Of a stretch of DNA of 45,422 bases, positions 1 through 6,669 are shown one piece after another. Made by a program: the position numbers and the translations under genes. The stretch lies in the IMG/VR virus record IMGVR_UViG_3300043473_000022, positions 1 through 45,422 of that record; one strand, given 5' to 3'. The stretch comes from a virus. Lineage: Duplodnaviria; Caudoviricetes. Each line of letters opens with the position of its first letter. Positions within the stretch are counted from its first letter, which is position 1. Below the pieces are notes generated by a model. It ran no database searches and was not told the origin of the DNA. It saw only the letters and a list, made by a program, of their open reading frames with translations.

Positions 1-64
1 CGGGGTCAGCGAAGTCGCAACCGTCGTGGTAATCGTCGTCGCCGTATTCGTAATCTCTTGGCAT
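1..64 (-). CDS. Hypothetical protein, 5' part only (runs off the window)
   Basis: ATG at 64 after purine-rich AGGGAAG; translates MPRDYEYGDDDYHDGCDFADP; not in ORF track. Confidence 0.5.
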   Translation of the reverse strand, partial: MPRDYEYGDDDYHDGCDFADP

Positions 65-79
65 GTCATGCTTCCCTGT

Positions 80-115
80 AAAATGGGCGGCTTGTGTGTC
101 TCACACAAGCCGCCC
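80..115 (-). terminator. Intrinsic terminator-like hairpin containing palindrome copy
   Basis: Perfect 14-bp stem GGGCGGCTTGTGTG-TCT-CACACAAGCCGCCC (85-115), followed on minus strand by ATTTT, just after stop of 123-1073. Confidence 0.65.
93..107. repeat. TGTGTG-N3-CACACA palindrome
   Basis: TGTGTGTCTCACACA. Confidence 0.95.
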
Positions 116-122
116 GGTTGAT

Positions 123-1073
123 TTATTCCGCGTCCTCTTCGCCACCATTACGGCTCAGAGCATCTTCACCGGCCTCAACCAAGGCTTCAATGGCCGTAGC
201 AAGCTCATCACCAAAGCTCTTAAGCTTGCTCAGAGCGGTTGTGATGGACTGGACCGCTGAAATCACGTCTTTCTCATTCAGCGGGTTAACCTCTTTCGCG
301 CTTTGGGCACGGGTTGGAATAGACTTATTCCGAGCCGCCGCACCAATACGAGCCAGTTCCGTAAAGCTGGGGATCTTGGCAAGCTTGACCTGTTTGCCAT
401 TATCCGTCACCTCACGCTTTTCGTTCAGAGACACCTTGTCAACGTCAAAGTGTTCCTTGACAGCCTTGCCGGTAAGCATCAGGTGGCCCGTCACCTTATC
501 CTCTTCCGCCTGAATGCCCTTAAGCACCAGAGCATCAGCCGCCTTAATGCATTTCGTCATTGCAGCCGCGAAATTGGACCGGAAATTCTCTTTGGCCTGA
601 AATCCCGGCTGGTTCTTATCTTCCTTGGGCTGAGGCAAAACATCCTTAGTCCACGGGGCCATCTCATAACGAATGACACCATCTTCGCCGGTCTTTGCCA
701 CCTTGATACCCACAACCACCTCGCAACGCTGGCGCAAATCGCGAAGCTTTTCGCTCTTTTCCAGATAGATATCCTCTAGCCGGATGTTCTTATCGATGGT
801 TGCGGCTTTCGCGAAAGCCACGGTTAGGATCTTCAGGGCATGGCCCTTCTGCCTGTTATTCTGATCTTCCAGATCGGCAATCTGGTCTTCCACGTCTTTC
901 GTGGCCTTCCATGCCATGACCGCTTTCTCGCCAACGTCTGTCGCGAGGGCTTTGGGGTTGATGTAGGCTACGGCCGTCTGCTTCGATGCTTCTGCCACGT
1001 CTTTAGTCTCCTTGATAAGCTTGGTTACGGTTGCCTTAGCGGCGGGTGAAACGGGAATGCTCTTCTTTGCCAT
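123..1073 (-). CDS. Hypothetical Lys/Ala-rich protein (316 aa)
   Basis: Long ORF; start reassigned to MAKKSIPV (1073) with AGGAG SD. Confidence 0.8.
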   Translation of the reverse strand: MAKKSIPVSPAAKATVTKLIKETKDVAEASKQTAVAYINPKALATDVGEKAVMAWKATKDVEDQIADLEDQNNRQKGHALKILTVAFAKAATIDKNIRLEDIYLEKSEKLRDLRQRCEVVVGIKVAKTGEDGVIRYEMAPWTKDVLPQPKEDKNQPGFQAKENFRSNFAAAMTKCIKAADALVLKGIQAEEDKVTGHLMLTGKAVKEHFDVDKVSLNEKREVTDNGKQVKLAKIPSFTELARIGAAARNKSIPTRAQSAKEVNPLNEKDVISAVQSITTALSKLKSFGDELATAIEALVEAGEDALSRNGGEEDAE

Positions 1074-1129
1074 GCTACTCTCCTGTTTTGGTTGCCGGTC
1101 GATTGACCGTATTTGCATCAGATCAGATT

Positions 1130-1144
1130 TGTGTGTCGCACACA
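1130..1144. repeat. TGTGTG-N3-CACACA palindrome
   Basis: TGTGTGTCGCACACA, intergenic. Confidence 0.95.
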
Positions 1145-1165
1145 AGTAACGAATTGTTACAACGG

Positions 1166-1393
1166 CTAGTGTGCGTCTCTTTGCCCTATCTCATCCATAG
1201 CACAAAGAGCAATAGAGAATGCCCGGAAATCATTGGCATTCCACTCGTTACGTTTTCCCTGTACCTGTACGGCATAGTTGAACGTATTCAGTAAGCTAAC
1301 CATTGATTGCAGTCTGTCTACATCGTGGTTGGTAACAACCCGTTCCACAACCAACGCTAACTCGCCTTCCGGCTTAATCGTTTCTTCTGTCAT
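1166..1393 (-). CDS. Hypothetical protein
   Basis: Start MTEETIKP with AGGAG SD, downstream of promoter 1434-1463. Confidence 0.65.
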   Translation of the reverse strand: MTEETIKPEGELALVVERVVTNHDVDRLQSMVSLLNTFNYAVQVQGKRNEWNANDFRAFSIALCAMDEIGQRDAH

Positions 1394-1433
1394 GCTCTCT
1401 CCTGTTTGCATGGTATCACAACCATGAGTTGTC

Positions 1434-1463
1434 AGAATAGACGCAAAGCGCCAAGTTTGTCAA
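1434..1463 (-). promoter_or_regulatory. sigma70-like promoter
   Basis: TTGACA-N18-TATTCT on minus strand. Confidence 0.55.
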
Positions 1464-1476
1464 GCATTTTCTTTTT

Positions 1477-1491
1477 TGTGTGAGTCACACA
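1477..1491. repeat. TGTGTG-N3-CACACA palindrome
   Basis: TGTGTGAGTCACACA, upstream of -35. Confidence 0.95.
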
Positions 1492-1570
1492 AGACGGATT
1501 TGTGCGCAAACGGTCGTCACGAGATCAAAGGTCCGAAAACCTTAGCGTTTTTGGTCAGAGTTCCGCCTTG

Positions 1571-1845
1571 ATTTTGCCACATTTGGCCGAATTTGGTCAC
1601 ATTTGCCTTAATTTTGCCTCATTTTGGTGTTGCGGATTTGTCACTGTGGTAAATTTGTCACGGTCGGGGTGTTGCAGAAATGTCACGTTGCAGAAATGTC
1701 ACACCTGAGTTGTTGCAGGAATGACACAGTGGCAGATTTGTCACATGGCGGGGTGTCTCTTTTTTGTCACTGTGGTATTTGAGCGACGTGGCAGAATTGC
1801 CACGTCGCATTTTTGTCACACGGTCGAGTGTGGTATTTTTGTCAC
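1571..1845. repeat. Non-coding repeat array: six 10-bp-phased ATTT(T/G)G-like units followed by eleven 16-bp quasi-palindromes GTKGCA-N4-TGTCAC
   Basis: 16-mers start at 1629,1646,1671,1687,1712,1729,1755,1772,1788,1804,1830; 1671 and 1687 are identical (GTTGCAGAAATGTCAC). Confidence 0.85.
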
Positions 1846-2135
1846 TCGCTCGCCGCGCTAGGCTGGGCCATCAAAGCATTAAGTTCCGCTCCAATTCCGA
1901 CATTCCGAAATTTGCCAGCCTTGGTGACGCTGGGGAACTGGTTTGCCTTGCAAGCCGCAACAAGCTTTGGGGACAGCACAGCCTTGCCAGTGCATACCGC
2001 TTTCGCTCCCTCTTCCAATTTCGGGAAATCAGAAAGTTCCCAAATGGTGCGCTTAACGTCAATTTCTTGCTTGGCGAAAGCGGAGCCAGTCAAGAGCGCG
2101 AAAGCAATGGCGGTGGAAATGAGAAGCTTATTCAT
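1842..2135 (-). CDS. Small secreted/periplasmic protein
   Basis: Start MNKLLISTAIAFALLTGSAFA is a typical Sec signal peptide with AFA cleavage motif; two Cys in mature part. Confidence 0.7.
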   Translation of the reverse strand: MNKLLISTAIAFALLTGSAFAKQEIDVKRTIWELSDFPKLEEGAKAVCTGKAVLSPKLVAACKANQFPSVTKAGKFRNVGIGAELNALMAQPSAASE

Positions 2136-2160
2136 GGTCGTTTTTCCTGATTTTGAGTTT

Positions 2161-2175
2161 CGTATGAGACACACA
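2161..2175. repeat. Palindrome variant
   Basis: CGTATGAGACACACA, intergenic. Confidence 0.8.
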
Positions 2176-2192
2176 AGCGGAATGCTGTGTGC

Positions 2193-2480
2193 TTAGTTTT
2201 CTTCCGGCTCAAAGTATGGGAGCGCCAAGTAATCATGGGCACGTTTCCAGCCTTTGCGGCGAAAGTATTCGGACGCGCAATGGTCAAGGCTTGAACCCTT
2301 AACGCTTTCGTCACCCCATTGGCTTTCGCCAATAGAGAACGTGATTGCCACGTCACCATGATCAACTGGCCCACTAGCAGTAATCGTAATATTGATATTG
2401 GGCGAGTTGTGTTCTGCGAACATTGATCGGAAGCGTTGAATTTCATTTTTCAACGCGCGTTCAAAATTTGCGGAAGTCAT
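2193..2480 (-). CDS. Hypothetical protein
   Basis: Start MTSANFER with AAGGA SD. Confidence 0.65.
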   Translation of the reverse strand: MTSANFERALKNEIQRFRSMFAEHNSPNINITITASGPVDHGDVAITFSIGESQWGDESVKGSSLDHCASEYFRRKGWKRAHDYLALPYFEPEEN

Positions 2481-2541
2481 GTTTTCATTTCCTTTTGCTA
2501 TGGTTTGCACTGCCTTTCGATTTCCCAAGCGTATCGGGTTT

Positions 2542-2757
2542 TCAGAATTTCAGGGTTTTCTGTAAAACTCGCATTTCGTAATCATTGCGAGCCATTTCGG
2601 AATTTCGGTAATAATGGCCTAAGTGATAGCCACCATCATACTTGTTGTGAAGCCACGTCACATATGGCGTGGCTTCATTTTCGATTTCGCAGAGGACAAC
2701 ATCGATCGTTTTACAAACGATCGTTCTAGCCAAAACTTTGATTGAACTCTCATCCAT
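2542..2757 (-). CDS. Hypothetical protein
   Basis: ORF closely packed after 2762-3025. Confidence 0.55.
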   Translation of the reverse strand: MDESSIKVLARTIVCKTIDVVLCEIENEATPYVTWLHNKYDGGYHLGHYYRNSEMARNDYEMRVLQKTLKF

Positions 2758-2761
2758 TGCC

Positions 2762-3025
2762 TTAATCCCTCGTTTTCATGCGAGCGCCATTGTCGGCGAT
2801 GTAGGCAAGTATCACGTCTTTATGGTCTAAGAGCCTTTCCCATTGCTCTTTATAGAGAGTGACGGGGAAACGACCCAGACCATAAACGCTCAAACCTCCC
2901 TTATCGCCAATTTTGAGCGATAGAGAACGAATGCTCGTTTGAGACTTTTTCAATGCTTCATTTTCAGCTCGCAAGCGGGCGAGTTCAATTTCAGCATCTT
3001 GTTTGAGATTTCGCAGAACAGCCAT
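2762..3025 (-). CDS. Conserved-looking hypothetical protein (coiled coil plus KGGLSVYGLGRFPVTLYKEQW motif)
   Basis: Start MAVLRNLK; motif recalled from small bacterial/phage hypothetical proteins; function unknown. Confidence 0.7.
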   Translation of the reverse strand: MAVLRNLKQDAEIELARLRAENEALKKSQTSIRSLSLKIGDKGGLSVYGLGRFPVTLYKEQWERLLDHKDVILAYIADNGARMKTRD

Positions 3026-3042
3026 TTCGGATTTTCCAATCT

Positions 3043-3057
3043 TGTATGAGACACACA
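3043..3057. repeat. Palindrome variant
   Basis: TGTATGAGACACACA, upstream of gene start. Confidence 0.85.
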
Positions 3058-3606
3058 AGGGAAATCGAGAGGCAGTGCAAACCTGATTTACAATTTCAAA
3101 GAACCCGAAGCGGGGACCAGTCGTTTCGGGAAATCCGAAACTTGGAACTCAATCGCGACGTAACCTGTAGAAAGGCCATCTAACGCGTCAATTATGGCGC
3201 AAATGTGTCTGATATCATTTTGATACTGCGACACATTGTCGCACCTGATACCTGGCCGAATAGTGTCATTTCGGGAAATCCGAATCGATTCCTGGGGACA
3301 ATTTCTGATTTGCGGAAGAAATGCCCTCTTTAGTTGCATCATGCGCCAAATTACACGCATTAGGTAGTTGACAGGTTTGCTGGCCTTTAGAGCCTCGTAC
3401 AGCGATTTTGTCGTTATTTGCTACCAAGTGACAGGCACTCGTTTTTAACGCACCAGCGCCCATTTGTGGAGGTCGCTTAAGTCGTTGATATTGCTCACAT
3501 TTTCCGTCAAGTAACAGATTGTTACAGCGCCAAAAGGCGCGGTTCCCCAAATCCTGTCAAGCATAATCTCGCATAGCACCTATGCAATAATAACTATTGA
3601 CACGTT

Positions 3607-3621
3607 TGTGTGTCTCACACG
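3607..3621. repeat. TGTGTG-N3-CACACA palindrome
   Basis: TGTGTGTCTCACACG. Confidence 0.9.
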
Positions 3622-3930
3622 GGATTGGTATGCAATCGGGCCTATTCGGATTCTCAGAAGTGGAGTGTGGTCGCGCCAATGTGTGCGCTGCACAATGTAA
3701 CAAAAAGTGATAATTAGGATTATCCGAAATTTAGACCCATGTTGCACTGCACTAAGTATCTGAAATCACTCACTTATTTCCGCTATGCGTGTAGCGCATA
3801 CCCCCCGTACCCCCGCCCATTTCCAAAACCTGTAACAATTCGTGATTTGACAAAAAGGGGGGACGCTCTTGGGGCGGGTTGCGTATGTGTGGAAAACAAA
3901 CAACACAGAGGCTACGCCTCATACCCACTC

Positions 3931-3945
3931 TGTGTGATACACACA
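3931..3945. repeat. TGTGTG-N3-CACACA palindrome
   Basis: TGTGTGATACACACA. Confidence 0.95.
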
Positions 3946-3989
3946 AGACACTTTTAATGAATCAGCTTACATAATAGTAAAAATAACGC

Positions 3990-4018
3990 TTGACAGCCGC
4001 GCCTTACGGCGGTATACT
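3990..4018 (+). promoter_or_regulatory. sigma70 promoter
   Basis: TTGACA-N17-TATACT with AT-rich upstream region. Confidence 0.75.
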
Positions 4019-4074
4019 CTTAATTAATGATGAAGGACATTATTAGACTTTGGGTCTAGTCCTTTATAATAAAG

Positions 4075-4112
4075 AATGGCCTCAGTATTTATATACTGAG
4101 GCCATTTGCTTT
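4075..4112. terminator. Probable bidirectional intrinsic terminator
   Basis: Perfect 14-bp stem AATGGCCTCAGTAT-TTAT-ATACTGAGGCCATT between convergent promoters. Confidence 0.65.
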
Positions 4113-4252
4113 GGTGCATTAAGGAATAAAAGAGGGCGGGTTGTCAGCGCAGTGAGTAATAAGCGATTATTCCACTTATAATTGCACCTAATACCATACC
4201 ACCAACAACGAAATAGGATAGTTTCCGCATGGATTCGAGGCCGAAATCGTCT

Positions 4253-4537
4253 TTATTTGGCATTTTTCCACCTCGTAAATTGGATTGCAAGGCTGTGCGG
4301 AGTGTCTTTTACCCAGTGAATAACAGCTACACTATCATGATAGACTGTTCCGTTGGCTATCTTTTCAGCTTTGATAAGCATTCGAGTCTTATAATCGCTA
4401 CGTTCTTTGCGTCGTTTCTCTTGTTGAGCAGTAGCATATCTAGCTTTCTGTCGCTTAGATTGCATATCAATATAATCTTTTTGGGCTTGCGTGAGTTCCC
4501 AATATTCCTTCTTTGGCTTATCCCATATGGAGTTCAT
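4253..4537 (-). CDS. Basic hypothetical protein (94 aa)
   Basis: Start MNSIWDKP with AGGAG SD; own consensus promoter at 4654-4682. Confidence 0.7.
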   Translation of the reverse strand: MNSIWDKPKKEYWELTQAQKDYIDMQSKRQKARYATAQQEKRRKERSDYKTRMLIKAEKIANGTVYHDSVAVIHWVKDTPHSLAIQFTRWKNAK

Positions 4538-4554
4538 GCATTTTCTCCTGAGTT

Positions 4555-4569
4555 TGTGTGTCACATACA
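4555..4569. repeat. Palindrome variant
   Basis: TGTGTGTCACATACA, before SD. Confidence 0.85.
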
Positions 4570-4653
4570 AGATGGAACGAGGCTCCGCACCGATCCTCCG
4601 CATCTTACCCTACCCCAAACATATACGTAAAGGTCTCTGGGGTACGAGGAAGG

Positions 4654-4682
4654 ATTATACGAACAAATATTGAGTTTGTCAA
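4654..4682 (-). promoter_or_regulatory. Perfect consensus sigma70 promoter (leftward)
   Basis: TTGACA-N17-TATAAT on minus strand. Confidence 0.85.
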
Positions 4683-4734
4683 GGAAAATCGTATCGGGTT
4701 CCATGCCTGCGACAATATGTCGCACTTTATATGT

Positions 4735-4749
4735 TGTGTGTATCACACA
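4735..4749. repeat. TGTGTG-N3-CACACA palindrome
   Basis: TGTGTGTATCACACA, between divergent promoters. Confidence 0.95.
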
Positions 4750-4760
4750 AAAGATTTTAC

Positions 4761-4789
4761 TTGACACGCATATTGACATTTAGTATAAT
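4761..4789 (+). promoter_or_regulatory. Perfect consensus sigma70 promoter (rightward, morphogenesis operon)
   Basis: TTGACA-N17-TATAAT. Confidence 0.85.
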
Positions 4790-4843
4790 GTGAGTCGGTG
4801 GAACTTACATTCTTGTCCAGTTAGTCATGCATCTGGATATTCT

Positions 4844-4858
4844 TGTGTGTTTCACACA
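4844..4858. repeat. TGTGTG-N3-CACACA palindrome
   Basis: TGTGTGTTTCACACA, in leader. Confidence 0.95.
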
Positions 4859-4889
4859 TGATAGAGCGTTCAGGGTTCGATCATGATCT

Positions 4890-4939
4890 AGGCCGGAGAG
4901 GTTGTTTTCCTGTCAACCTCTCCGGCCTTTCCTGTTTTT
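4890..4939 (+). terminator. Terminator/attenuator-like hairpin in leader of late operon
   Basis: Perfect 15-bp stem AGGCCGGAGAGGTTG/CAACCTCTCCGGCCT followed by TTCCTGTTTTT. Confidence 0.6.
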
Positions 4940-4949
4940 GGAGGTCAGA

Positions 4950-5327
4950 ATGAGGTACACAGCAGTAGTTAAGGGTGGGATGCACGCTCAGTACAGCGGT
5001 GATATCTCATCGATTGGCGCACTGAATATTAGCGATGAGAAGACTCGACGCATCGCTCAGTTGCTCAGTAACAAGGGCGAATTTGCACTTCGATCGGTGT
5101 TGGATTCGCTTTTGGGTCAGGCACCTGGAGTGTTGGCATCATATTGGACGGCAGAAATACAGGCTTCGCCTGAGCTTGGTGGAGTTCGGCCCGTTGTGCA
5201 GACATATGTTGTTAATCGCAATACAACCGCACAAGACGTAACTGACATTCGTAACGTGCTTACTATGGCGAATAACTCCGGACCACAAGCTACAAATCTA
5301 GATCGAAACCCCCTCGGAACACGATAA
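4950..5327 (+). CDS. Hypothetical protein
   Basis: Start MRYTAVVK with GGAGG SD. Confidence 0.75.
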   Translation: MRYTAVVKGGMHAQYSGDISSIGALNISDEKTRRIAQLLSNKGEFALRSVLDSLLGQAPGVLASYWTAEIQASPELGGVRPVVQTYVVNRNTTAQDVTDIRNVLTMANNSGPQATNLDRNPLGTR

Positions 5328-5331
5328 AACG

Positions 5332-5360
5332 CCTTGTGTGTCTCACACAAGGTTCTTTTT
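5332..5360 (+). terminator. Terminator-like hairpin built on palindrome copy
   Basis: CCTTGTGTG-TCT-CACACAAGG followed by TTCTTTTT. Confidence 0.5.
5335..5349. repeat. TGTGTG-N3-CACACA palindrome
   Basis: TGTGTGTCTCACACA. Confidence 0.95.
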
Positions 5361-5386
5361 GTACCTAAAATTGGAGGATTTACGCT

Positions 5387-5764
5387 ATGAAGGGCGCACT
5401 TTCGAGCAAACCGGACTATAAATTCGACGAAAATGGTGCTTTGGTCGCAAACGAAGGGGAGTCTGAGGAAGCCCTCGCCACGCGAGAGTCTATTGTACTC
5501 TACGTCGAGGGATTCTCGGGCAACCATCCTGCCGACGTTGCAGTCAGCAATGGTGCAGAGGAGCCGCCACCGGAGGCGTTGAACGTGACTGGAAGTCGTT
5601 CAGGCACGGTTCTATCTCCTGCTGAGAGTGAAAAAGCTCAGGCGAACGATTCCAATGACCCGCGATTCTACCGTACTACGCCTGATGAAGTCGAAGAGAA
5701 CGACATGGAAGAGGTCGAAGGGACCGACAATACTCCGAACAAGCGTGGACGTAGGCATCGTTAA
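5387..5764 (+). CDS. Acidic hypothetical protein
   Basis: GGAGG SD; stop overlaps next start (TAATG). Confidence 0.75.
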   Translation: MKGALSSKPDYKFDENGALVANEGESEEALATRESIVLYVEGFSGNHPADVAVSNGAEEPPPEALNVTGSRSGTVLSPAESEKAQANDSNDPRFYRTTPDEVEENDMEEVEGTDNTPNKRGRRHR

Positions 5765-6462
5765 TGGCTCGGGTATATAAACCCAGAATAAAGCGAGCAC
5801 AGGCAGACCCGACCCCCAGTCCCGTTCCTGTGCTTGCCCGCGTAGGAGATCCGTTTGTAGCACCAAACGGGTCTCTTATTGCGCCTTCGTATCCAGAGGA
5901 TTACTTTCCTCGGCTGAAGGAAGAGACAAAAATCAATCCAGTGGCGTTTCGAGCGAAACGCAGACGAAATATGAATGAGTTACCCGGCCAAACTAACATC
6001 ATGAACGCAGTAGGTGCGGTTATGATGTACACGTTTTTTGGTGTGGGTGATCGTGAGATAGCACAAGCATTGAAATGCTCAACCCAAGATGTTGAGGAAA
6101 TTCGTGCTCACACAGCGTATAGTGAGTATCTCGAACTCATTGGTACGGAGATTATCAGTGCGGAAAGTGAGAATGTCACACATCGCATTGCCGCTTATGC
6201 ACACGGTGCCCTCGACACGATTGCACACGTCTCGCGTAACGGTAAAGTTGAGACAAACCGTCTACGAGCTTCGATTGACATCATGGACCGAGGCGGATTC
6301 AACCCCAAGATGGTGGCGGAGAAACAAGTCAGCCTCAAGAATGTGCTTCGTATTCAGGTATTGGACGAATACGGAACCGGCAAGAGCATGAATATTGAGA
6401 TTAACTCTGAAATGGGAGGCGACGATGGCGACAGCGATCAACAAAGCAACGGGGCAAATTGA
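5764..6462 (+). CDS. Probable terminase small subunit
   Basis: HTH-like GVGDREIAQALKCSTQDV, RLRASIDIMDRGG segment typical of TerS, upstream of TerL. Confidence 0.6.
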   Translation: MARVYKPRIKRAQADPTPSPVPVLARVGDPFVAPNGSLIAPSYPEDYFPRLKEETKINPVAFRAKRRRNMNELPGQTNIMNAVGAVMMYTFFGVGDREIAQALKCSTQDVEEIRAHTAYSEYLELIGTEIISAESENVTHRIAAYAHGALDTIAHVSRNGKVETNRLRASIDIMDRGGFNPKMVAEKQVSLKNVLRIQVLDEYGTGKSMNIEINSEMGGDDGDSDQQSNGAN

Positions 6463-6640
6463 CGTTTCGTATGTGGCACCGAATCGTAAAGTGGCTGCGC
6501 TGGATATGCCCCGGTACGCAGGCGAGATCGTCATTAACACCACGGATCAAGGATGTTATGTGGCCGTACCCCCTGTCTCGCAAGGAGGTTTGGCTGTTAC
6601 TGATTGGGTTAAGTACTCTTATGGTATTGGTCTCAATTAG
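6425..6640 (+). CDS. Small hypothetical protein
   Basis: Start MATAINKA with GGAGG SD. Confidence 0.65.
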   Translation: MATAINKATGQIDVSYVAPNRKVAALDMPRYAGEIVINTTDQGCYVAVPPVSQGGLAVTDWVKYSYGIGLN

Positions 6641-6644
6641 TGGC

Positions 6645-6659
6645 TGTGTGAGACACACA
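6645..6659. repeat. TGTGTG-N3-CACACA palindrome
   Basis: TGTGTGAGACACACA before terL. Confidence 0.95.
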
Positions 6660-6669
6660 GAAAGTTTCC

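Noticed and set aside
1073-1145. ORF-track starts such as MCATH/MCVS/MRHT/MSHT
   Set aside because: Artefacts of TTG/GTG codons inside the palindrome; better SD-supported ATGs lie downstream.
1629-1845. Mini-CRISPR array
   Set aside because: Units are 16 bp, degenerate and nearly abutting, with gaps of only 0-10 bp.
3088-3550. ORFs 3088-3360 and 3266-3550
   Set aside because: No SD, atypical composition, overlap regulatory palindromes.
6645-6659. Palindrome as CRP/FNR site
   Set aside because: CRP is TGTGA-N6-TCACA and FNR TTGAT-N4-ATCAA; arms and spacer differ.
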